A stretch of 64,000 nucleotides of DNA from contig JBAXSI010000010.1 in the NCBI GenBank assembly GCA_037130755.1, positions 16,351 through 80,350 of the forward strand, in the 5' to 3' direction. This DNA is from Actinomycetes bacterium. Its GTDB lineage: Bacteria > Actinomycetota > Actinomycetes > S36-B12. Below, piece by piece: positions 8,060 to 16,729 of the stretch. The notes beneath the pieces are model-generated. The model saw only the letters and a program-made list of their open reading frames with translations, had not been told where the DNA came from and made no database searches. Made by a program: the position numbers and the translations under genes. Within the stretch, counting starts at the first letter, position 1, and every line of letters begins with the position of its first letter.

Positions 8060-9412
8060 ATGCAGCACGACCTCGCCGAGACCCGCCGCATCCTGGAGAC
8101 CCAGGGCATCGACATCGTCCGGCTCATCTACGCGGACCTGCTCGGCCTACCGCGGTCCAAGGACCTCCTCGTCTCGCAGTTGGAGCGCTCGGCGGCACAT
8201 GGTCCGGCCTTCTGCGAGGCCACGTGGGTCACGAACACGCGCGGTGGCGTCCTGACGGAAGAGGGCGGCATCGACGACGCGCTCCCCGACATGGTGTCCA
8301 AGCTCGATACCGACACGATCCGTCCCATCCCGTGGGTTCCGGGCGTCGCCTACGCGATCGCCGACATTGACAACCCCGACGGCAGCCGCAGCGAGATCGC
8401 GCCGCGCGCAGTGCTGCGCTCCGTGCTCGACGAGTACGACGCGCTTGGACTGACCCCCATCTGCGGTCCCGAGCTGGAGTTCTACTTCGCGGAGAAGGTC
8501 GACGGCACCTATCGACGCCTCCTGAACAAGACCGGACGGGTCTACATGACCGGCGCGCAGGTCGACCCCGACGGGCACTACCTCAACCTGCTGCGCTGCC
8601 TCGACCAGCTGAACATCGGAGCGTTCGCCGGCAATCACGAGTTCTGCCCATCGCAGTACGAGATCAATCTCTGGCACAGCGAGGCTATGGATGCTGCCGA
8701 CCGGACCTTCCTGTTCAAGACCAGCGTGAAGGACGTCCTGACCCGTAGTGGCGTGCTGGGCACCTTCATCGGCAAGCCCTGGGACGACGAGGGCGGCAGC
8801 GGCTTCCATCTGCACTTCTCGATGAACGACGTGGACGGCGTCAACCTGATGAGCACGCCCGACGGTGAACTGTCGGAGCTGGCCTACAACGTGATGGGCG
8901 GCGTGCTCAAGCACGCCAACGCCCTCGCTGCCTTCACCAACCCGACGGTGAACTCCTACAAGCGCCTCGGCCCGGACACCATGGCGCCGTACCGGAACAC
9001 GTGGGGGTATGACAACCGCTCGGCGATGATCCGAATCCCACCGGAGCGCGGGGCGGGCACGCGCTTGGAACTGCGTATCGGCGACGGATCGGCGAACCCC
9101 TACGTCGTCATCGCTGCGGTCCTCGCAGCCGCACTCGACGGCATCAAGAACAAGCTGTCAGCACCGGAGCCGGTTGTCGGCTGGTCATACACCGACAGTG
9201 AGCACGGCCAGGTCCTGCCGATGTCGTTGCCGGCGGCCCTCGATGCGCTGGAAGCAGATGTCGAGCTGAGCAACCACCTCTCAGCGAAGTTCATCCGGGC
9301 CTTTGCCGCGCTCAAGCGAGATGAGGCCAAGCGGTACGAGGAGGAAGTCGAGGATCCGAGCACCCGCCTCGTCACGCAATGGGAGCTCGACGAGTACATC
9401 GAGGATTTCTAG
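8060..9412 (+). CDS. glutamine synthetase-like gamma-glutamyl ligase (PuuA/IpuC-like), module A
   Basis: GPELEFY, HEFCPSQYEIN, GSGFHLHFS, NSYKRL, WGYDNRS, RLELR...ANPY; flap reads DTMAP (no Glu); AAGGAG RBS. Confidence 0.92.
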   Translation: MQHDLAETRRILETQGIDIVRLIYADLLGLPRSKDLLVSQLERSAAHGPAFCEATWVTNTRGGVLTEEGGIDDALPDMVSKLDTDTIRPIPWVPGVAYAIADIDNPDGSRSEIAPRAVLRSVLDEYDALGLTPICGPELEFYFAEKVDGTYRRLLNKTGRVYMTGAQVDPDGHYLNLLRCLDQLNIGAFAGNHEFCPSQYEINLWHSEAMDAADRTFLFKTSVKDVLTRSGVLGTFIGKPWDDEGGSGFHLHFSMNDVDGVNLMSTPDGELSELAYNVMGGVLKHANALAAFTNPTVNSYKRLGPDTMAPYRNTWGYDNRSAMIRIPPERGAGTRLELRIGDGSANPYVVIAAVLAAALDGIKNKLSAPEPVVGWSYTDSEHGQVLPMSLPAALDALEADVELSNHLSAKFIRAFAALKRDEAKRYEEEVEDPSTRLVTQWELDEYIEDF

Positions 9413-9473
9413 TCTCCTGGGCTGGCGAACAGGCCGGCTCGGCCAAGGTCACGACTCGTGCTCACTTTCTGGA

Positions 9474-9518
9474 CACTTCTCCAAAGTGCTTGACCGCGCG
9501 TGACGAATGCGCCACCCT
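9474..9518 (+). promoter_or_regulatory. permease promoter: upstream motif CACTTCTCCAAAGT, -35 TTGACC, -10 CACCCT
   Basis: TTGACC 9490-9495 and CACCCT 9513-9518 are 17 nt apart; motif 9474-9487 recurs at 62316. Confidence 0.55.
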
Positions 9519-9523
9519 GTCCC

Positions 9524-9543
9524 ATCGTTCGGTCCCGTACGAC
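9524..9543. promoter_or_regulatory. palindromic operator copy 3 (ATCGTTCGGTCCCGTACGAC)
   Basis: 17/20 match to consensus; covers the predicted transcription start of the permease gene. Confidence 0.7.
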
Positions 9544-9572
9544 CCCCACCGCAGTTGCCGCCTGGAGGCCGC

Positions 9573-11147
9573 ATGTCCCAGAGGGAGAACCTCCCCGAGT
9601 CCGATCAGGTGCTTGGCGCTCCTGATCCGGAGACCACCGACACCACGCTAAGGCGAGGCACACTCGGCCTGCTGGGCGTCATCTTCTTCGTCGTCGCGGC
9701 GGCCGCTCCGTTGGCCGGCATGACCGGAGCCTTCCCCGTTGCCGTTGCCCTGGGCAATGGGGCCGGTGCGGCCGGCATGTACGTCGCAGTCGGTGTCGTC
9801 CTGCTGATCTTCAGCGTCGGCTACGCCACCATGAGCCAGTACGTCACCAACACGGGCGCCTTCTTCGCCTACGTGGGACGTGGCCTGGGCATCGGTCCCG
9901 GCGTCGGCTCGGCCTTCGTGTCGGTGCTCGCCTATCTCGCCGTCCAGTGGTCGGTGATCGGCTTCATCGGCTTCCAGCTGAAGCTCCAGTTCGTGGCCAA
10001 GTTCGGGATCGACCTCGAATGGTGGGTCTACTCCCTCGCCATCGTCGTCATCGTCTACCTTCTCTCGGCCCTCTCGGTGGACATCGGCGCGAAGTTCCTG
10101 GGTGTGCTGCTCACCTTCGAGGTGCTCGCCCTGATCATCGTGGGTGCCGCAGCCATCATCGACGGTGGCGCTGAGGGCGGCCCCAACTTCAGCGCGTCGT
10201 TCAGCCCCAGCGCGATCATGCAGGGTGGACTGACCGGCGGCGCGGGAATCGCGTTCGCGTTCGCGCTCGCCTCCTTCATCGGCTTCGAGGCCACGGCGAT
10301 CTACGGCGAGGAGTCCAAGGACCCGAAGAAGACGGTCCCGAGGGCGACGTACATCTCGGTTCTCCTGATCACGGCCCTGTTCGCCTTTGTGGGCTTCGGG
10401 CTGGTGACCGGACTCGGTGCGACGGACATCCAGAACAAGGTCTTCGAGGCCACCGCGGTCGACGGTGTTCCGCTGGCGGATCCGTCCGCCATGCTGTTCG
10501 GCCTCACGACCCACTTCGTCGGCCAGTGGCTGACCGAGGTGTTCGGCTGGATCGTGCTGACGTCGCTGTTCGCTGCGACGCTGGCCTTCCAGAACAGCGC
10601 GTCGCGGTACCTGTTCTCGATGGGCCGCGCCGGCGTCCTGCCGAAGAAGCTGGACCACACCAACAAGCAGCAGGCTCCGTTCGCTGCGACCACCGTGGTC
10701 TTCGTGCTTGCCGTCGTGCTGGTGATCGTCGCGATCATCTTCAAGTGGGACCCGATCCTGAACGTCTTCTACTGGTTCTCGTCCCTGTCGGTGATCGCCA
10801 TCGTCCTGACCGAGATCCTGGTCAGCATCTCGGTGATCGTGTACTTCCGGCGAACCAAGGAGGACACCCGCATCTGGAACGTCATGATCGCGCCAGTGCT
10901 GGCCATCATCGGTCTGGCCCTCGGCGAGTTCATGCTGATCAGCCGCTACAACCTGCTCGCCGGAGTGGCGCAGGATCCCGCCGCGTGCCCGGGCGAGCCC
11001 GGCTCGGGCTGCGGACCGTTCGAGATGAGCAGTCTCGGTTGGTTCCTCATCCTGCTGCCGTTCGTGGTCCTGGTCATCGGCTTCCTGGTCGGCCAACTGC
11101 GCCGCAAGAACGAGAACTACGACGCGGTGCACAACTTCATTTCGTAG
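9573..11147 (+). CDS. APC-family amino acid/amine permease
   Basis: About 12 hydrophobic segments, AAAAPLAG, FIGFEATAIYGEESKDPKKTVPRA; GGAGG RBS before ATG 9573. Confidence 0.93.
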   Translation: MSQRENLPESDQVLGAPDPETTDTTLRRGTLGLLGVIFFVVAAAAPLAGMTGAFPVAVALGNGAGAAGMYVAVGVVLLIFSVGYATMSQYVTNTGAFFAYVGRGLGIGPGVGSAFVSVLAYLAVQWSVIGFIGFQLKLQFVAKFGIDLEWWVYSLAIVVIVYLLSALSVDIGAKFLGVLLTFEVLALIIVGAAAIIDGGAEGGPNFSASFSPSAIMQGGLTGGAGIAFAFALASFIGFEATAIYGEESKDPKKTVPRATYISVLLITALFAFVGFGLVTGLGATDIQNKVFEATAVDGVPLADPSAMLFGLTTHFVGQWLTEVFGWIVLTSLFAATLAFQNSASRYLFSMGRAGVLPKKLDHTNKQQAPFAATTVVFVLAVVLVIVAIIFKWDPILNVFYWFSSLSVIAIVLTEILVSISVIVYFRRTKEDTRIWNVMIAPVLAIIGLALGEFMLISRYNLLAGVAQDPAACPGEPGSGCGPFEMSSLGWFLILLPFVVLVIGFLVGQLRRKNENYDAVHNFIS

Positions 11148-11157
11148 AGTCATGCCA

Positions 11158-11196
11158 ACGTGAGGGGCCCGGTCCACTGGACCGGGCCCCTCACGT
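11158..11196. terminator. bidirectional hairpin terminator between convergent permease and P450 genes
   Basis: Perfect 19-bp inverted repeat ACGTGAGGGGCCCGGTCCA-c-TGGACCGGGCCCCTCACGT. Confidence 0.85.
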
Positions 11197-11205
11197 GTTG
11201 CAGCG

Positions 11206-12441
11206 CTAGTTGCGTGCGGTCACCGTGGCGGGGAACGCGGCTATGCCGTTCACGAAGTTAGAGTTCGTACGGACGAGTGAGCCGGACTGCTCGAACCGGG
11301 TTCCTTGCTTGATCATCTCCTCCAGCAGCACGCGGATCTCCATGCGCGCGAGGGGCGCACCCAGGCAGTGGTGCGGTCCCTTGGCTCCGAACGAGACCTG
11401 CGGGGGCTTGATTTCACGAGTGATGTCGAATCGAAGGGGGGCCGCGAACTGTGTCTCGTCGAAGTTGGCGGAGCAGTACCACATCACGACCTTGTCGTTC
11501 TCCTTGATGGGCACTCCCGCGAGCTCGGCGTCGCGGGTGGCCGTGCGCCGCATGTGCATGACGGGCGTTGCATACCGGATGATCTCCTCCACCGCGTTCT
11601 CGACGAGTTCGGGGCGCTTGTACAGCAGGTCCAGCTGGTCTGGGTTGTCGATGAAGGCCTTCACGCCGTTGCTGATCGCAGTGCGTGTCGTCTCGTTGCC
11701 GGCGAACACGAGCACGTGGAACATGTTCTTGAAGTCGTAGTCGGAGAGCGCCTCGCCCTCGTAGCGAGCCTCCACGAGCGCCGTGGTGAGGTCGTCCTTC
11801 GGGTTGCTGGTGCGCTCGGCGCGCATCTTCCGGCCGTACTCGAAGAGGGCGTGGGAGGCCGGAGCGTTGAAGGGCAGCAATTCCAGTGGCGTGGTGTTGC
11901 CGTAGGCATCAGCCGGGACGCCGGTGGAGTCAATGAGCTCGTCGGACCACTGCACGAGCATGCCGGCGTCCTCTGGGGGCACGCCAAGGATGTTGATGAT
12001 CACGCGGATGGGCAGCGGCGCGCTGACGTCTTGAACGACGTCGATGCTTCCCTTATCGGCGGCCTGTCGAAGCAGTTCTGCGGCGATCTCGCGCGTGACG
12101 TCCTCGTAGCTCTTCACCTTGTGGCTGGTGAAGGCGGGGATGCCGAGCTTTCGCAGGCGGACGTGGTCGGGAGCGTCGGTGTCGACGATGGACCGACGTG
12201 CGTTCATCTGCTCCTCGGTGAGATCCGGCAGGTTCGTCATGCCCCGTGCATTGGAGTACGTAGCGGGGTCGCGGGTGACCGTGACGAGGTCCGCATATCT
12301 CGTCACCGCGTAGAACGGACGCCCCGCGTACATGCGCACGGCGATGGGCTCGTCGCGACGCATGCGGGCGAAGACCTCGTGGGGGATCCCGTTCGCGTAG
12401 GTGGCGGGGTCGGTGATGTCCACGTCGAGGGCGGCGGTCAT
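11206..12441 (-). CDS. cytochrome P450 (module B), paralog of 1759-3018
   Basis: AGNETT, EEIIR, FGAKGPHHCLG; shares LPF-x-P-x-S..FEYGR segment with the first P450; GGAG RBS (alternative GTG at 12456). Confidence 0.95.
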   Translation of the reverse strand: MTAALDVDITDPATYANGIPHEVFARMRRDEPIAVRMYAGRPFYAVTRYADLVTVTRDPATYSNARGMTNLPDLTEEQMNARRSIVDTDAPDHVRLRKLGIPAFTSHKVKSYEDVTREIAAELLRQAADKGSIDVVQDVSAPLPIRVIINILGVPPEDAGMLVQWSDELIDSTGVPADAYGNTTPLELLPFNAPASHALFEYGRKMRAERTSNPKDDLTTALVEARYEGEALSDYDFKNMFHVLVFAGNETTRTAISNGVKAFIDNPDQLDLLYKRPELVENAVEEIIRYATPVMHMRRTATRDAELAGVPIKENDKVVMWYCSANFDETQFAAPLRFDITREIKPPQVSFGAKGPHHCLGAPLARMEIRVLLEEMIKQGTRFEQSGSLVRTNSNFVNGIAAFPATVTARN

Positions 12442-12452
12442 GTCTGCTCCAA

Positions 12453-13415
12453 TCACGGGATGAGGACGAAACGGCCGGAGACCTGCCCGGCGTGAAGACG
12501 GTCGTGCGCGATCTGCGCCGACTCCAGCGGAACGGTCTCGATCTCCGAGTGGAGGTCGTGCTGCTGCGCGAGGGCGACCAGGTCGGCGAGCTGGTCTCGC
12601 GTGCCCCAGACCGACGTCATGAAGCGGGCCTCGTGCGGCACGGCGCCGAATCCGAAGGGGATGGTCCCGCCGTAGAGGCCGACCACCACCGCGATGCCCT
12701 GCCGGCGTACGTGGTCGCGTGTGGTCTGGAGCGTCGCCTCGGCCCCGACGAAGTCCACAACCGCGGTGAAGGAGCCGTCGACCTCGCCCGGCGCCACGGC
12801 CGCATCCGCCCCGAGTGACAGCGCCAGTTCGCGCTTCTCGGGTGAGGCGTCAACCACGACGACCTCGGCATCCGATCGGATCTTCAGGAACTGCAGCCCG
12901 AACTGGCCCAGGCCGCCGGCGCCGATGACGAGGGCCCGCGGGCGGGCAGCGTCCTTGATGGTGGCCAGCGTGTGGTCGATCGCTCGGTAGGCGGTCAGGC
13001 CGCCGCAGGCCAGGGGAGCGGCCTTCGCGGGATCGAGGTCACCCAGGGGGATGAGGTAGTACTCGTCGGGGACGAGCATCCGCTCCGCGTACCCGCCGTC
13101 GCGGAAGAGCCCTGCCTCGGTCGCGTTCGGGCAGATCATCTCCTGCTGGGACGAGCAGGCCCAGCAGTCCGGCTGCCGGCAGCCCCAGCACGCGTAGACC
13201 AGGACCGGGCCCAGACGCTCATGCCGGGCGGCCACCTCGTGGCCGAGGATGACGGGCAGTTTGGTCGCGTAGTCCCCGGCCGCCGCGTGCAGGTCCGAAT
13301 GGCAGATGCCACAGGCCAGGACGTCGACGACCGCTCCGCCCGACCCGGCGACGGGGTCTGGCACCTCGATGACGTCCAGCGGCTGCCCCGGTGCCGTCAG
13401 CACGGCTGCACGCAT
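12453..13415 (-). CDS. zinc-dependent alcohol dehydrogenase (MDR)
   Basis: CGICHSD, GHE, four-Cys structural Zn loop, GAGGLG NAD motif. Confidence 0.93.
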   Translation of the reverse strand: MRAAVLTAPGQPLDVIEVPDPVAGSGGAVVDVLACGICHSDLHAAAGDYATKLPVILGHEVAARHERLGPVLVYACWGCRQPDCWACSSQQEMICPNATEAGLFRDGGYAERMLVPDEYYLIPLGDLDPAKAAPLACGGLTAYRAIDHTLATIKDAARPRALVIGAGGLGQFGLQFLKIRSDAEVVVVDASPEKRELALSLGADAAVAPGEVDGSFTAVVDFVGAEATLQTTRDHVRRQGIAVVVGLYGGTIPFGFGAVPHEARFMTSVWGTRDQLADLVALAQQHDLHSEIETVPLESAQIAHDRLHAGQVSGRFVLIP

Positions 13416-13477
13416 GGGTAGGTCCCTTCAGGTGGGGTTGGCGGATTGCCGAAAAGGGACCCGCCCGAGTGACTGGC

Positions 13478-13505
13478 ACATTACATTTATCAAGTATCTA
13501 ATTTC
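13478..13505. promoter_or_regulatory. AT-rich putative GntR operator in divergent ADH/GS promoter
   Basis: CATTTATCAAGTATCTA; CATTTATCAA (13484-13493) is identical to 17891-17900. Confidence 0.6.
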
Positions 13506-13523
13506 AGGACTTCTGGAGGATTC

Positions 13524-14867
13524 ATGGCCTGGGACCCCTCGGAGCGCAACCGCGTGGTGGGCCTGTGCGATGAGCACGGCATCCACACTGTCGAGTGCGT
13601 CGTCGTGGACACGTGGGGGATGCCCCGCGGCAAGCGGATCCCGGTCAAGCAGTTCCTGCGCGGCGGCGGCTTCCACATCGCGAACGTCATCTACACGTGG
13701 GATCCGACCTGCTTCATCTTCTCCACGCCTTTCGTCAACGAGGAGCACGGCTTCCCTGACATGCACGCGGTCCCCGACCTGGCGAGCTTTCGAATCGCGG
13801 GCTGGACGGACGGCGTGGCCATCGTCATGTGCGACACCGTCGACAACACCACGCACGAGCCGGTCCCGATGGACGCCCGTCGCATGCTGAAGGACCAGAT
13901 CGCTCGCGCAGCGGCGCTGGGATACGGAGTGGATGCAGCGACCGAGCTCGAGTGCCACTTCTTCACTGAGGACTGGAAGCCGATCTACGACGACATCAAC
14001 TGCTACTCGATCATGCGCGGCTTCGAGATGGAGCCGTTCATGTTCGACATCCGCGAGTCGCTCCGCAAGACGGGCATCGAGGTCGAGGCCACGAACGTCG
14101 AGTACGGACCCGGGCAGACCGAGATCAACCTGCGGTATGGCCCGCTCATGGACATGGCCGATCACACCGTCTACTTCAAGTACATCGTCCGGCTGGTGGC
14201 CAAGCGGCACGGCCTGAACGTCACCTTCATGGCCAAGCCGTTCCTCACCGAGGCGGGCAATGGCATGCACGTGCACCAGTCGCTGACCCGCAACGGGGCC
14301 AACCTCTTCTCCGTGACCGACGAGGACTCGGTCCTCGGCAATGCGCTGATGCGCCGCTACCTGACGGGCCTGCTCGCGCATCACAAGGAACTGCAACTGG
14401 TGATGACGCCCACCATCAGCGGCTACAAGCGCGTTCAGGACTACTCCTTCTCACCGACCCAGGTCACGTGGGGCCTGGACCACCGGCTGGTCGGCGTGCG
14501 GTCGATCGTCGGTGCCGGCTCGTCCAACCGGCTCGAAGCACGCTGGGCCGCAGCCGACGCGAATCCCTACCTGGTCCTGGCCGGGGTGCTCGCCGCAGGG
14601 CTGGACGGACTGGACAACGACTACGCACTCATTCCGCAGGTCGTCGGCGATCCGCACGCGGACGAGCAGTGGGAGCGACTGCCCGTCGACATCAACGGAG
14701 CCATCGACAACTTCGACACGCCGTTCACGCGCAGCGTGTTCGGTGACACCTTCGTCGACACGTTCTTGATCATGCAGCGCCGAGAGGCCGAGGAGTTCGC
14801 CGCGAATGCTGATCAGGGCGAGGACGTCAGCGCATGGGAGCTGAAGCGGTACCGGGCGGTCATCTAG
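13524..14867 (+). CDS. glutamine synthetase-like gamma-glutamyl ligase, module B
   Basis: PRGKRIP, ATELEC, EYGPGQTEIN, GNGMHVHQS, SGYKR, WGLDHR, RLEAR...ANPYL; flap YSFSP; GGAGG RBS. Confidence 0.92.
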   Translation: MAWDPSERNRVVGLCDEHGIHTVECVVVDTWGMPRGKRIPVKQFLRGGGFHIANVIYTWDPTCFIFSTPFVNEEHGFPDMHAVPDLASFRIAGWTDGVAIVMCDTVDNTTHEPVPMDARRMLKDQIARAAALGYGVDAATELECHFFTEDWKPIYDDINCYSIMRGFEMEPFMFDIRESLRKTGIEVEATNVEYGPGQTEINLRYGPLMDMADHTVYFKYIVRLVAKRHGLNVTFMAKPFLTEAGNGMHVHQSLTRNGANLFSVTDEDSVLGNALMRRYLTGLLAHHKELQLVMTPTISGYKRVQDYSFSPTQVTWGLDHRLVGVRSIVGAGSSNRLEARWAAADANPYLVLAGVLAAGLDGLDNDYALIPQVVGDPHADEQWERLPVDINGAIDNFDTPFTRSVFGDTFVDTFLIMQRREAEEFAANADQGEDVSAWELKRYRAVI

Positions 14868-15575
14868 ATGCCGCGAGTGCTTCTGATCAGCCACGAGCCT
14901 GAGGCGCATCCGGCGATCGTCGGCGAGATCCTGGTCGCACGTGGATACGACGTCGATGAGCACGTCGTGCTCGGTGACCCTGCGGCTCCGGACACGGACT
15001 TCCCTGACCTTGATGCGTACGACGCCGTCATGGCCTTCGGCTCGTTCTCCAACGCCTACGACGAGCGGCATCGACCCTGGGTGGAGGCGGAGATCAACCT
15101 CATCGGTCGGCTGCTCGAGGAGGACAAGCCCTATCTCGGGGTCTGCTTCGGCGGGCAGTTGCTCGCCGAGAGTGTCGGCGGCTGGGTCGAGAAGGCACCG
15201 CCCGGGATGGACGAGATCGGCCTGGTATCGATCGAGACGGTCATCGACGGCCTGCCGGTGCCGACTGGTCCGTGGTTCACGTGGCATGAGGACCGCACCG
15301 TCCTGCCTGCGGATGGCTCGGTCGAGGTGCTGGCCCGCAACGCCAACGCGGTGCAGTTGTTTCGGCGCGGCCGCGCGGTCGGCACGCAGTTCCACCCGGA
15401 GGCGGACGTGCCGCTGGTGGCCGGCTGGGCCGCAATCGGGCCGGACCACATTCCCAGTCACACGTCGGAGCAGGAGATCCTCGACGACCTTGCAGCCGCG
15501 CAGGCACAGACCCGGTCCAACTGCGAGCAGTTGATCGACTGGTTCCTGCGCGACGTGGCCGAGGTTGGCGGATGA
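14868..15575 (+). CDS. class I glutamine amidotransferase-like hydrolase, module B
   Basis: GVCFGGQ and QFHPE; ATG directly follows the GS stop. Confidence 0.9.
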   Translation: MPRVLLISHEPEAHPAIVGEILVARGYDVDEHVVLGDPAAPDTDFPDLDAYDAVMAFGSFSNAYDERHRPWVEAEINLIGRLLEEDKPYLGVCFGGQLLAESVGGWVEKAPPGMDEIGLVSIETVIDGLPVPTGPWFTWHEDRTVLPADGSVEVLARNANAVQLFRRGRAVGTQFHPEADVPLVAGWAAIGPDHIPSHTSEQEILDDLAAAQAQTRSNCEQLIDWFLRDVAEVGG

Positions 15576-16729
15576 ACGAAGTGAGCGGACCGCTGGAAGG
15601 GATCGTCGTCGTCTCGCTGGAGGCCGCCGTCTCGGCACCGTTCGCGACACGGCAGCTGGCTGATCTGGGTGCCACCGTCATCAAGGTAGAGCGCCCCGGT
15701 GGTGACTTCGCGAGGCACTACGACAGCGTCGTCCAAGGGGAGTCGGCCTTCTTCGTGTGGGCCAACCGCGGCAAGCAGTCTGTGGTGCTCGACGTCAAGG
15801 ATGATGCTGACCTCGCCATGCTCCGGGCGCTCATTGCTGGAGCTGATGTGTTCTTGCACAACCTCTCGCCGCGGGCGGCCGCGGATCTGGGCATCGGTGC
15901 GCAGCAGCTCATCGAGAAGCACCCGTCGCTCATCGCGTGCGAGATCTCCGGCTACGGCCACGGTGGGCCGCGTACCGACGACAAGGCCTACGACCTCGCG
16001 ATCCAGGCCGAGGCCGGGGCGTTCTCCGTGACGGGAACGGATACGCCGAGCAAGGTGGGCTTCTCCGTGGCGGACATCTGCGCTGCGATGTACACCCTCA
16101 CCAGCATCCTTGCTGCGCTCGTGCGTCGCGAGCGCACGGGTGAGGGTGCTGCGGTCCATGTCTCGATGCTGGACGCATTGGCCGAGTGGATGTCTGCGCC
16201 GATGTATGCAGCTGTCTACGGGCCGGGGCAGGCGCCTCGCACGGGTCGACGCCACCACGCGATCGCCCCGTACGGCACGTTCCTGCTGAGTGACGGCAGC
16301 ACGGTGCTGATCGCCGTGCAGAGCGATGGCGAGTGGTGCAGCCTCGCCGAGCACGTTCTCGAGGATGCCTCGCTCGGAACAGACGCCAGGTTCGCCACCA
16401 ACTCGGACCGCATCACGAACGTGGACGAACTCGAGGCGATCCTGTCCGCCGAGCTCGCGAGCATTCCAGTCGACGAGGCACGTCGTCGGCTTGCCGCCGG
16501 TCGGATCGCCAACGCCCGGGTCAACGACCTCCGCGGCGTTTGGGACCACGAGCAACTTCGCGCCCGCGACCACTTCCACCCGGTGAGCACCCCCTCGGGG
16601 GTGATCGAGATGCTCGATGCGCCATTCGACATCAGCGGCTGGCCGGTCCCGCACGGTCCGGTGCCCGCACTGGACGAGCATGATGCCGCGTTCGTCCAGT
16701 CGGTGATCGACCGCGGTCGGGCTCAGTAG
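15572..16729 (+). CDS. family III CoA transferase (CaiB/BaiF)
   Basis: PLEGIVVVSLE...APFATRQLADLGA, NRGKQS, KAYDLAIQAEAG, catalytic ADI. Confidence 0.93.
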   Translation: MNEVSGPLEGIVVVSLEAAVSAPFATRQLADLGATVIKVERPGGDFARHYDSVVQGESAFFVWANRGKQSVVLDVKDDADLAMLRALIAGADVFLHNLSPRAAADLGIGAQQLIEKHPSLIACEISGYGHGGPRTDDKAYDLAIQAEAGAFSVTGTDTPSKVGFSVADICAAMYTLTSILAALVRRERTGEGAAVHVSMLDALAEWMSAPMYAAVYGPGQAPRTGRRHHAIAPYGTFLLSDGSTVLIAVQSDGEWCSLAEHVLEDASLGTDARFATNSDRITNVDELEAILSAELASIPVDEARRRLAAGRIANARVNDLRGVWDHEQLRARDHFHPVSTPSGVIEMLDAPFDISGWPVPHGPVPALDEHDAAFVQSVIDRGRAQ

